From assembly GCA_036172245.1 (NCBI GenBank), contig JAYWIR010000043.1, forward strand, positions 806,001 to 870,000: DNA of 64,000 nt, in the 5' to 3' direction. Each line of letters begins with the position of its first letter. Positions within the stretch are counted from its first letter, which is position 1. A program made the translations under genes and the position numbers. Positions 11,170-23,230 of the stretch are shown piece by piece. This DNA comes from Raillietiella orientalis (taxonomy: Eukaryota). A model generated the notes under the pieces. It was not told where the DNA came from. It saw only the letters and a list, made by a program, of their open reading frames with translations, and did no database searches.

Positions 11170-12880
11170 AAGCACGAGGCAATGAAGAGCATTATTGTGT
11201 TTGTTTTTTCAAGATTTCTTTAAAGAGTCTTGACTTTAGGTCTATATTGTGTGATGCCAATCCTGATCATATTTGTTTGGAAAAAAATACGACAGGAAGG
11301 TGTCTCATGTTGCCTCACATTTGCTAACATAATTTGTGTAAACAGCCATGAAAGCAAGCAACTTATTAGAGTATGTAAAGTTATAATGTTTGTTGTGGTG
11401 GTCAATTAGAAAAATGAGATATGTGGGTAAATAGAAAGATGTGACATGTAAATAACATGTAAAGCATTCCTTTTCTAACAACTGGAGGAATGTTTTAAAT
11501 TCTAGTTTTCAGGTAAACGTTTGAAGAAAGTTTGCTTTGAATATTATACTGTTGAGGAATTTAAAATTCATTTTCATGTTGTTTTGTTTTGGTGAGCATT
11601 TCGTTGTTCTTTGCAACCATGCATCATCAATATGCTATGGAATCAATGAAACGAATCATTTATGTTTAGAAATTTCAACTATTCCTCAATGTAATTAATG
11701 TAATTGTCAAATTTAGTGAAAGACCTTTCATCAAATATTTGATTACCTTATCTCCTATTATCGCCTGTAGAATTATCGAGCATTTCCCCAAAGATTTGTT
11801 TTGAGCTACTATTTATGTATGTATTTATGGGTTAAGATTAAATTACTCATAAATTCGTAAGAATTTTCTATATATTCAAAGAATTGTCATATTGATCATT
11901 CAGCTTTAAAACACATTTGCATTTTTCCTGAACGAAAAAACTTTTAAAAATCATACAGACTAATATATCGTGTGAATAGTAAGTTCCTGCATTAATTGGA
12001 ATTACAGAAACAGCTTTGAAATGAAGTTTAAAATTTCTTAATAGGAATAACATTAGTTTGTGACTCTTATAATAGTGCTTTGGAAAATTAATTGAAAACA
12101 TTTATTTAAGGACTTTAAGAACTTGTCCATGTCATAACAGATGATAAAATTATTTGTTTCAATTATGAGATTGTTTTCAGTGGCAATGTCACATTTTTTA
12201 ATCTTGTTAGGGATTATGTTGCACATATTTGATTTTAATAATGCATGTCAAAAAATACTGTCATTTATTGATTTGAGGAATTTTTTTCAAAAAAATGGCC
12301 ATTTTTTGACGTGCACATTTGGGTTATATGCAGAAGTACATTTCAGCTCTACATCACATTTTTGTGATTTTTACTGTTTGAGCTGCTATGGAAAATGTGT
12401 CAGAAGACATCCGACCTGTCAATACATAGCTGTTTAAATGTATCCATCTTACTTTCCTCTATAAATTTGTGAATGATCAACAAATGGGATTAATATCAGC
12501 TTTAAGGGATTATGAGTTTACCAAGAATTTGATAGTATCAAGAATTTAGTTTTTAAAATGAACCAAGCTACTGACATGTAGTGAAGATTTTCAAGTTTCA
12601 TCAGGCTTTGATTTGGATATTACATTGAAAGTATGTGCTTTCATTAGTCTGTTTTCTTGTCAACCATCTGCTTGCACTTTGGTATCTTATGCTTTTTCAA
12701 TTGAGTTTCCAATTCTCTACAGTATGATTTTATGGAAAATGCGATTGTGGCCCAATTTGAGGCATCAATTAAAAAGTTCTGGTAATGCTTCAAGTCTGAG
12801 GTCACTGGAATGATACACTTACCCCTTGAGTACTGGATGTTTTGTTGAAATGCATTATCAAAAAATGCATACTAGTTGCT

Positions 12881-12942
12881 TTTTGCTGTTAAAGGGACTT
12901 TAGATAATTAGATAATTAGTTAAAGGGACTTTAACAGCAAAA
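12881..12942. repeat. 14-bp inverted repeat overlapping a 15-bp direct repeat
   Basis: TTTTGCTGTTAAAG (12881-12894) pairs with CTTTAACAGCAAAA (12929-12942). GTTAAAGGGACTTTA occurs at 12888 and 12919, with AGATAATT twice in between. Confidence 0.9.
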
Positions 12943-15889
12943 GCTTTTTTTACAGTTCACCTTTGAGCTGATGGAAGATGCAATAAAGTGATGTTTTTTT
13001 AAGAAAAATTTGGGAGCGTATCTGCTTCCTTGTCACTGTTCTTGTATAAAACTGAATTAACAGTTGTGTCAGTGTTTTGCACATATTTGTTACACATGCA
13101 GTGATTTTCCTTTGTGGCACAGATGTATTCCCAATCTATTTCGTAAAGAATTGCATTTTATAAACTCAATTTGCTGTGTTTAATGGGTCTTACATAATTG
13201 GTATTCAATTTGTATTGTATCTTTTCCACTTTGTGCACTTGTAAGAGTTGCCTGATTTGAGGGGCATGGAATTGTGCCTGTTTTTTTTTTTTTTCTTGTT
13301 GGTGATCCCAACTTATTACATGGTGCTTTATTGGAGGTATTTTACTCTTTCATTCCTCCTTTAACAAGTTTTGCATATTTTCGTTAAATTGGAATTGGAT
13401 TGATATCTGGATTGGAAATTTTTTTACAATGAATTTGCTTACTGGTAGTCTTGGAATTGTGCTCCTTATATGATTATTCTATCATTAAAAGCATTTTTCA
13501 TGATTACAGTATTGGGTTTTAAAATGAAATATTTGGTAAATTACAAGACCTATTAATAATGAAGTGCTGTTGTTTAATTGATAAATAGTAACATGATGGT
13601 TTGGTGAACTTGCATAAGTGAAATTACGATAGTCATTTATGAGTGATTGCTTTTTTTAAAAATTAAAATCTATTTTTGATAATGCGTTTTTTCATTTGTT
13701 TTTTTTTTAAAGTTATAGTGGTAAGACCTCTGACTAATGTCAAATAAGTATTTTAAGGTGCTTTTGTATTTCTAGAATTTGAATTACTAGCTTTTCCTAG
13801 CATAAATGCTTCCAGCACTGTTGTATAAATTGTTTGTGAATACAGAAAACTCATTGTATATTTCTTTCTAATTAATTGTTTTCAATTAAAATTGAAAAAA
13901 AAAAAAAAAAAAGTCCAAAATTGTAATAGAGGTAAAACTCAGTTGTTTCTGTATTTTAGAAACACATTCTCTGTTTGCTTATCTATTTTGTTCTTATTTT
14001 CTGGAGCCTCCAAGGTGTTATTCGTGGGTTTGACCCTTACCATATATTGCATTCTATTATAATTCTAATCTGTTTGGGAATTTTTCAAATACCAGCGTCA
14101 TTTTCAAAACATCTTAAAATTTCGTTTTGTTGAGATAGGTGTAGATCATCAAACAGATTGTGGAAATGGCTTCATATTTATTATTTATATGAAATTTCAC
14201 CAATTTTGTAAAATGCAAGTTGAAAACATTGAAAGTTTGCTTTGTGTTCTTAAATTGGCAAAAATGAAATTATCTTGATCATTCTGCTTATATCTAAATA
14301 GCGTTAAGCACTTGAATTGGCGTAGTTTACTCCAATATTTTTAATCACACAAATGGCTATCTCATGCTTTTTGTCGTTGATTCATTTGTAGGTGTATTGC
14401 TGTTATGCATGTCATATTTTTTACATTACAGTAAGTATTTTTCACTTGAGTTGTTTATTTCAATTCTTTTCTTTTTTATTGATAATGAGCATTATTTCTT
14501 TTCATTTTACTGTACAATTTGGTTAATATATATTTTCAAGTTTGTTAAAACTGAAAAAAATTTGGCTACTTAATTTCCTAGCAAGTCAACTAAGTAATGC
14601 TTCTTTTGAAAAATTTTATATGATTATTGCAAATCAATCACCACAAAAAATTTTTGATGAATAGTGTTTATGAATATTAGACTGGAATAATTAGATTCAC
14701 ATAACAGATAACTGTGATCTAATTTTTGAGAAGATTTTTCCTGTATTATTGCTTCTACCGTTTTCCATAATTTCAGGCACTTCAAGATGTTATCACGTGT
14801 TTTTTCTTTTTGTTTATGTTGTGATTTATCTTCATGCAAACAATGAAGTTTATTATAAACTTATTAGAAGTAGCCATTGATGCCTAATTCTATTTTAGGG
14901 AAGTTATTGAATACAGATGAACTCAACATGCAGAGTCTTATTACCTTGTTGAAAGATGATGACAAAACTTGAATATCTTTGGAAGAGTGGGGAAAAAAGT
15001 AACTGCAGTATACATAATCAGCACACTCATAAATTTTTAAGTGGTGTGCACACAAAAATGCCAGTGATACATGTACTACTTTGTGCAATAATTATTTTAA
15101 ATTTTTTTTTCTATTTCGATTAACTATCCTTAAAAGACAAAATGTTCGAATTATTCAACAGTAGGATCGCTATTTCCCATATGTAGCAAACCTAAGTATG
15201 TTTGGCATGCAGCCCCCACACCAAATCTGATATTGAAAAATTCTTACCGTGATTCTCTTCGAAGTTTGTTTTTCCTTTTACCTGCATTTTTTTTTTTTTC
15301 TTTGAAACAGCATTGAATTCTATATATGTTCATAATCCTGTTGTTCACTGGTTACTTACATAATATTTGTATGATAATGAAACATTTTCTAATGTGTACA
15401 AAGCTTGCAAATAGCATTACTTGAAGTTAGTTTGAATAGTTTCAATTTCTTAACTTTTTGCACCGCAGTAGCGTCTCTATAGAAATTTGTGGAATGTTTG
15501 CATCGTGATTGCATCTCACCGACAGATCGAAATTTCAAATGCAGATATCTGTTTCATGAAGTTATGTAAGCTTTTCTTATATTGTTCTGTGCACTCGGGA
15601 GCATGGAATTATGGTATCTTGTTAAAAACTAGCAAAAATTTCTTCGGCATGCCCTTTTTTTTTTTTTTTTTTTGTAATTGTAGAATCCTTTTTTCAATAA
15701 AGATTTATTTTTGAACGAATTGATTATGTAATATAGTATTTTTAGAAACTGTGCAGTCTATATAGGCCAAGTTTTTTGGAACACTCAACTGTAATCTTCA
15801 ATCTGTTTCCGTTCAACCAGGAGCTGCTCACTTGTTTCTTCTGCGAGAATTATAAATCAATTTAGTAATATATACATTATATTTCCATT

Positions 15890-16640
15890 ATCTCTGGCTT
15901 GCACTTGCCATACTCAATGCTTGCACCTGTCGAAATGGATTTGCCATGCCGTGCACGTAGAATCGCACTTTATTTAAAAGAAAAAAAATCTCCCGCCAAG
16001 TTAGCATGGCGTCGAGGCAATAACGGTCAGGGTTACCATTCCTCCAGCGCGAGGATTGCGACCGTCGCACCGCGGTTGAGCCTTAGGTCACTGGGAAACG
16101 CAGTTCCCAGTCCAAGGGTTACAGGCGGTCTCTCAGCTGCTTGAAAATCGACGGTGTTTGTGTTTTCCCCTTAAAAAGAGGAGGTGCTCTGTGTCTTCTG
16201 GGTATCACAAGGAAATTTGAGTTTCCAGTCGAGAGCTCACCCGAAAATGTAAGGTCAAAATGGAAGCCTGCATCTCGTGGGCGTCTGTCAAACAAGTATG
16301 TAATGGGAAGCTCGGAAATCAAACTAGATAATACAAAATTCAGTGATACAGTGAATTTGATTTCTCAGAATACCTGAATAGCCGAAAGAGTTTCCGAGCG
16401 AAATCATGTGAAAATCAGTTACTGACTCCAAGCCTTGCGATATCAATTAAGTCGCTGGCCCCTATTCTTTTGGGGCTGAGGAACCGAACCACCGACAGAA
16501 GTACCCTCGAGAGGAAGGTGTTGTTGGCTCGTTGAGTGAATGCAGTTCGTCGGTGATGGAAGCAACGAAATTTCGTACGTGCTTCACGAGCAGTAAATGC
16601 GGTCGAATGCTCAGATTTGCGTTGCCTAAGCGCCCGCTAT
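15890..16640 (-). mobile_element. Decayed Ty3/Gypsy pol fragment (end of RNase H to integrase zinc finger)
   Basis: Minus strand IRPHLLL...ITDELHSL...PSSRGYFCRW...IARLGVSN*FSHDFAR resembles FRPYL...TDH.SL...PSGRLARW...I.YRPG.SN..AD.LSR. It is followed by LVIPRRHR and ANPFRQV. Confidence 0.5.
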
Positions 16641-18899
16641 AAAGGACGAAAATTATGAAATCAAATTCATGATTTGTGGATGCACTGGCAAATCGTTTCA
16701 GCGGAAAGCTTCGATCGTCCTTTCAGTTGTGAGAGGGGACTGAAAGAACGTTTGATCCCGGCTAGGCAATCAGTATCGCGACTCGAGAATGTCCACCAAC
16801 ATCGACTTTCCTGTCGACACAGTTCGTGTGGGTGTATTTTTCAGTTAAAACGGAATGCCTTATGTTATGTATATTATGGGCCTAATTTCACGACTGCAAG
16901 CTTGAATTTTGAATGTGTGATTCCCTTATTGGTCATTAAATTGAATGTATTTTTCAGGTGATCAAGCAATCACTCGGGGGTACAGGGGAATGCTCGCTCG
17001 TACTTTCAACAGCTCTGCATTATATTATTTATTAATGGGCATCCATTTGGATTTCTCCATTGCTTGCATCACCATCTTGCCTTTTTTTTTTTTTTTTTTT
17101 TTTTTGCTTCGAATCTCTAGGTTTCTCGGAGAAGAAGGTTGTAAGCGTCAGCTGATCAGTTTGTCACCTGACAGACCATTTGTCGCGATTCGGAAGACAC
17201 TTTAAAACGAAACGTTTGCTCGTTTATTTGTGTGCTCACATACTCTTCAGTATTCGTCAGGCTATTTGAGTTTTAGCAACAGAAAACCAGTTTCGAAAAC
17301 CAGTGTGCCATGTGAGTGAGTCTGGCAGGATGGTGTCGTACGAACGTGGAAACACTGATGTGCGTGCGGCTGCTTTTGGTATTGGGTGTTTCATTCAAAG
17401 TAATCTCTACGGTCGTACCCTGGAAAAATGAAGCTCTCGAAACGCTACGCAGTGGCTCTATATCTTCGATTGCTTCACGCTGCTGCTTATCAGTTCTATT
17501 CTGGTCCCTTCTATTAGCCACCCCATTATTCATCCATTTCTAGCCTTTGGAGCACTCTCAAGGGAAACACGGTGTGTTTCGATTAATTGCGATGTAAATG
17601 GGAACTTTGATCATGTTTGTTAATGAAGGGAAGGCTTCACAATTCGTGATACAAATGGAGATGGCGGTTTACACGATAACGAAAAGTAAAGTAAGGGAAA
17701 TGAGGCAATGCAAGAAAAATTGTTGTTTTGTTCTTGTTTTCTGCGTTCGCTTCTGTCACCTACAGCAAAAGGAGGACACCAAATGATGCGGACACTCTGC
17801 AGTGTCTGCTGTGAATAGTTGGCTTATTTACCTGAGTTGGCAGGGAGAATACATTCCAATTGAAATGTGGAGGACCATTTCTGTTGATCCATAGGCGGCG
17901 GATTCACGTACATAATTCACGTACAAATGGGGGGGTTCGCAGGTTGTGCGCTCTGCCTGAGGAATAAAAAAGTGGATGTGTGCAGCGATGTTGTTTTCAT
18001 CTCGCTGGCTTCAAAAAAACCAGAGGGAGCGATCTGCAAAAAGAATGTGGGCAAAAAAGTGGATTAATTTCACACAAAGAGAGCGCATTAGAATGAGGAG
18101 TCTTCGAAATACAGCGATTTACCAGTGGGGGGAGGGGGGGGGGATTCAGGAGTGTTTCATGAGTAAAACGAAGGCAGTTAATAAAGTGGCCTCTGACATT
18201 TTCGTATCTCAGACCCAAAGGAAGAAAAAAATCACAAAAGGTTACATAATGCGACGTGCAAAAGCTTTCATAGTAAAGGAAGGTATTTTGCGAACAGGGA
18301 GAGGCAGGGATGCAGTTCACCCAAAGTTATCCTGAAATGTGTTGCCCGTGCATTTCCGTTCACCAGTTTTCTGCATTCCGATACGAAAGCACAAAAAACC
18401 TCACTTTTTTGTAGCTCTGGACGTAATTTTCATTTTCATTTTTTTTTTTCTTCTTGTTTTTCGTTCCCGGCAACTTGCAAGTTGAGAATTTCAGTTTTCT
18501 CGGATGCACAAAGGGATTCGCAAATTCGGTTTTGGACAAGAACGGCGGGTTTGATCCGAAGTTCCCGAATCGTTCCCGAACCAAAGGGAGGAAATGCTCC
18601 CTCCGGTCAGTTTCCCCGGAAACCATCTCTCAAGTTTGCCAGCGCCAGAAAATAACGCTCGTGTGCGGCAGCTGAATCCGTGCACTCCGTCTGCGAAAAG
18701 GATAGGAAAACGATCGGATGGGTTTGCGAGTGGTGCTCAAGCTCCATCCTTGAATCCACTCCAGGGAAGAGGTGCGCTCGGGCTCGTGTTCTCTGCTCAG
18801 CGCGAAAGCGAAGCTTCCAGATGTAACTCTTTCGAAACGGACCGGAAGCGGACGTTTGTCGAGGCAATTCGTCTGTCCATTCTCGGAAATGATGCGGAC

Positions 18900-20415
18900 G
18901 CGCCAGCTTCCTCGACAGAGGGCTTCCCGTGCAAGGGAAGTTCGATCAAGGGACGGTCCTCAACGAGAAGAAGATGAGGCGCCACCGTGTATCTCCGTGG
19001 TAGCCGTAAGAATTTGTCCCGAAGTGCACCTCAGCTCGAAAGGTCGGTCTCCCAGGTGTAGGGAGCGCGACCGCCGTGTTGGGTGGACATCGGGCACGGT
19101 TGGGTTTCGCATTATTCCGCGGACACGGAAAACGTGGGATCCTCCAAGAGCGTCGTCGCTCCTCGGTGCGATGGTGGCCGACACGCACTTCTTTGTTCTT
19201 CCGTGCGCACGCAGCGCTGCTCACGTGGACGGTCGAAACTTTTTCTTTATCGTGTACTGCCGAGAAGTAAAATTGCTTGCGAGCGTACTCGTCGCTTCTG
19301 GCAATGGGAAGTTTGATCAATTCATCTGAAATCGAGGAACGAAGAAAGTGCTTTTTCGCGTCCATCGTGAGATTCGAATCTCAACCTCAGATGATCTGCG
19401 AAGACGAATGGAACCGAGGCCCGTCTCTTCGTCACAGCTTCTTTCTCCGTTTCTTGGAGGACGGTTCTGAATGATGAACAAAGAGAGCGATCAAAGGGTT
19501 AAGGTTCTTGCGATGGAACATCGGGAAGCATCTTGGGAGCCGATCGCGTTCGGGACCCAAGGTGAGCACATTCTGGAAAGGGACTCTGTCCAGACACGGG
19601 CTGCGTCTTTGGACAAGTATAAGATGGTATTGGAGTACACGGATGTACCAAAGGAAGAAGAAGAAAAAAGGGAAAACTGAAATAGGATGATCATGTACAA
19701 AAGGGTTCGAGGCTTTGAGACTGAAACGAGTACCCGGCCGAAGTTACAGAGCTGTTTCGGAAGGCGATGAGGTGATCGGATCCCGCTAGAGTGACTGCGG
19801 TGTTCTGGACGTGGCTGCAGATCGGGAAGCTGTTTACGCATTTGCGCACTTTTGGTGTACGGACGAAACGAAACCCAAGCAGGCCTGCACAGGACATCGG
19901 CTAGTCCGCGTCTCGTTCCCTATTCCTCTCGGAAAACTTTTCTCAAGTGATGTTTCCGACTTTGCGCTGCCAAAAATAGCATCCGGAAGATCGAACGAGA
20001 GTCGGTAAATATCTGAATTCCTGAAAAATTGCTGACGGCTGATCGTGGGACCAGCCGCTGGTCGAACTGGGTCGGTTTGTCCGCGGGCCGCGATTCGGAT
20101 TCGCGTCGCAGGCCTCATCATAAGTTTGCAAACAACGAAAAGGAATTTACCATTTTTCTTCAAAAAAAAAAACACACACACACACACAAACAAACAGCAA
20201 CAACGGGCGTGCAGCAAACGAACAGCAGACGGAATCACACGAAAGTGGGCGTACCGAAAAGAACAGAGTCGAATGGCCACCTTTCGGGTCGGATGTCGAC
20301 AACAACAGCGTGGAAAAAGTTTCTCCATCGTGTAAACAGACGCGGAAACTTTCGATTATGCCAAGATGGTAGCAGATGCAGCGGAGCCGCGCATCATCGC
20401 GGAACCCTCGTGTGA
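18900..20415 (+). mobile_element. Decayed Ty3/Gypsy pol fragment (RNase H-integrase)
   Basis: Plus-strand motifs in order: RRVGWTSG...LLGAMVADTHF...HVDGRNF (RNase H), DVPKEEEEK, PIPLGKLFSSDVSDFALPKIASG (P.P..PF..V..DF..LP.T..G), LTADRGTSRW, then VPKRTESNGHLSGRMSTT (HPQSNG..ER). Confidence 0.65.
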
Positions 20416-20686
20416 CATTGTGCACCTTTCCAGGTGAAATTCCTGCGAGAAGCAGGTCAAAACATCCGACCCGGGCCTCCCTTTGCCCCGAAATGCCCAG
20501 ACGCACTGGATTTTCGTGCCCACTTGGAAACGTCACTGATTCTGGAATTTTCAAACCGACAAGTGTTTCCCGAAGACGGTTCGGTACTGCCCCGCGATCG
20601 GGCACGAAAGCTGAAAGTAAGGAATGCGGCACGTGACGTGATGTTCATTACGGTGTGTGCGGAATTACAAAAAGTCGTTAAAAGTC

Positions 20687-20687
<1 letters not shown>

Positions 20688-20718
<31 letters not shown>
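20688..20718. repeat. Poly-A tract (about 31 nt)
   Basis: Read directly from the sequence. Confidence 0.9.
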
Positions 20719-20720
<2 letters not shown>

Positions 20721-21479
20721 CCATGAGGGGATTTGCGCAAATAAAAATATTGCCGCTCGTACTGTCTCGATCTGGAAGTAGGCGCACCGTGAAGGTAAGT
20801 AAGTAACACTGCTGCTTAATGCTGTACTTCCCTCCCTCCCTCCCTCCCTTCCCCCCCATGTCTCCCCTCCAGCATTTATTTGTGCCGGAGGGGAGGGATT
20901 CTGCGTGCATAGGAAGTCCATGGTTTTATGCGAGATAACTGTTCGTGAGATAATTCCGAGGAGGAGCACCGCGGACCGGTTTAAGCGTTCCGTCTCGGGA
21001 TTTTCGTTTCAGGCGACTTGCTGAGCCTGGGAGTGCGACTTTCATCCAGTTGCCAGGCAACCTTGCGAGCGGAAAAACGAAACTGAACTCGGAATATCCC
21101 GCAAAAGCTGTCTCAGCCGTCATTTCTGTCCCGGGAGAACGCACGCAGGCGAGATCCAGAAATTCTGAGGAGCAGGCGACGACGACATTCCACGTTTTTC
21201 AGCCACCTCGGCGTGGATGTCTTCTCCCAGCGCGTTGTTTGTGGATCACACGTACACCTACGGCGACATCACGTTGCATTCATCGTGTGACGATGAGATT
21301 AAAGTTTATGCTTAATTAAAGCAGCTTTTTTTTCTTTTTCTGTGTGTGTGTGTGGGGGGGGGGGGACATACGTAATTTAATGGTTCAGCGTGCGGACGAT
21401 TTTCTTACGTCTCTTCCCATGGAAGGCAGCATTCGCTTTCTGCACAAAGTTTCGCCAAATGTTCCAATAGTACGATGGG

Positions 21480-22010
21480 ATGAGGGCTCGGGCAGGAGGA
21501 AGTCTCCCGACAACTTACAAGAACCACATTTTCCGATGGCGCCGGGAGTCGCTGGCGCAGGAAGCTCTTCACATGCTTATTCGAAATCTCGAGTTTGTGC
21601 GCCAGCGAGAAGAAATTCGCCAGGCACGAATTTCCCCTCGCTCAGCATCGTCGCAGGGTTCGCAGTGGCGCGCGGTGTGTGGCGGTGTTCGGGGTGTCCT
21701 CAGCCACCGTCCCCTGTTTGATGCACGTGCATTTTGCTTTCTTACGCGGAGCGCACGAGTGGCGAAGGTTCTGCCGAGACAAATATGGAAAGAGATTACT
21801 CCTCTGCGGCTGTATCCATCGTTTTTCTTGCAAGGAACAGACGTCCTGCAAACGTTTCTCCGGAACACGTGCACCACCACCACCACCTCGTAGCGCCGCA
21901 GACGTGCCATCCAAAAGTCACTCTTTTCAGGAGGCAGGAAAAGCGGTACGGGCGCCGGGTCGTTGCGGCAGAAGTGGCGATGACGGTCAGCAACCTGCCT
22001 TGCTCACTTA
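21480..22010 (+). mobile_element. Decayed eukaryotic IS3-like (IS3EU-type) DDE transposase fragment
   Basis: Two frames give LHMLIRNLEFVRQREEIRQARISPRSASSQGSQW and WRRFCRDKYGKRLLLCGCIHRFSCK...FQEAGKAVRAPGRCGRSGDDG. These resemble LR.LDP.G...R..RRL.RR.Y...GPN..WH.DG.DKL...G..IHGCIDGFSR...P.R.R.D.G. The family name rests on my recall of that motif. Confidence 0.5.
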
Positions 22011-22879
22011 CGCTTCCGCGGTGTGCCTTGGTCCACGCTCAACTCTTCAAAGTACCGCTTGCTGCCTATCGCTCGCAGCAGTTTCCGAGTCGGTGGCAAC
22101 CATGACGACGCTGTCGCAGTGAAAGAAAGACAACCTTCCAAAGAAGCCGGAAGTGAACTTTTCCAAAGTGCCGCCAGTCGACTTGGCCGGCCAAAGCGAG
22201 TGCATTTTTGCCTCTGGGCAGAATTTCTACGACTGCCTTCCTACATAGCTTTGGGAAGTTCCTGCGACCCGGGAAGATAAGCGCGTGTCTAAGAAAGGAT
22301 GGTAGCAGTGGACCTCGACACGCGGGCGCAAAGTCGGCGTCTTTGGCCGTCCTTGTCCGCCGCCTCTTTCACTGCCCTCGCGTCTCCTGCTAGAGGTCCT
22401 CTGCGGCCGGAGGAAAGTTTGCAGTCCGCGGGCTCGAGTTCTTGAGCGTCGACTGAGGTGCGGTCAGTAAGCTGAAGGGAATCCATTCGTCCCGGTGTCA
22501 CGTGGTGTCGACTACGCGGCTGGCGAACTCTCCGCCCACCTGCCCCACGCTCACCGTCTTCTTCATGGTTTTTGCATTTCCGTAGGACGTATTCACGGGT
22601 CCTTTGGAAGCACGCGGCTAGGCACGGGTTCTGTATCAGCACGCGGGCAAGGCAGGAAGGGAAGTGATGGAAGGAGTGCAGCAGCACAAAGGAATCACGG
22701 CGTGCTCTGCGCAGTTTCCAGGAGCACAGCCGGTTCCAGACATTCTGAAAAAAGACTCATCTCCTGCACATTTTCCAGCTCCCCAACTCCTTTGCGTACG
22801 ACAGCAGCAGCAAATCTTCTCTGGACCTGAGTCGCCGAGTCCAGGATCTGTTTTACATACGTATCTATGGGAGTATAAA

Positions 22880-23230
22880 GGGAACCTTGAAAGATGTCGA
22901 TTTCTTCTCCGAAGGGAACCTGCAAGGGGACCGCTCCTTATTAACTGCTCTGGGGGGCTTTCCCGAAGGGAGCACTCTTCTAATACCCTGGATGGGAACC
23001 ACCCCAGAGGGGGGATCGACTCAATGGCACAAGCTGAAGAGAAATCCCGAAGTTTCGTGATTCCTGGTAGGACCTGGAGGGTCCAGCTCCCGACTCCGGC
23101 TGGTCGACGGGAACACTCGGTCACCAGCGCGTGTGAGCAGAATTCCGGCGACACGTGCGGACCAGAGTCCACGGCGCATCCATCCTCGGCGACGTTCGAT
23201 GCGGCGCGCGGCCACCTACGAGGGTCTGTC
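22880..23230 (-). mobile_element. Third diverged fragment of the Tx1-like ORF1 family seen at about 2.0-2.4 kb and 5.6-6.1 kb
   Basis: Shared DNA words include CCGAAGGGAACC and GAAGGGAGC. GATTCCTGGTAGGACCTGGAGGGTCCAGCTCCCGACTCCGG resembles GATCCTGGAAGGACTCCAGCAGGTCGACTCCCAATCCCGA at about 2299. Confidence 0.5.

Noticed and set aside
14620..15360. Possible minus-strand exons of a third gene (acceptor/donor pair about 15002-14945; donors near 15248 and 15358)
   Set aside because: No recognisable peptide and no consistent exon chain. Splice-like words are common in AT-rich DNA. RNA-seq would be needed.
16000..16640. Run of hairpins considered as telomerase RNA, 7SK or RNase P/MRP
   Set aside because: No TTAGG or TTAGGG template of adequate length and none of the conserved boxes were found. 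The minus strand is explained by a Gypsy relic.
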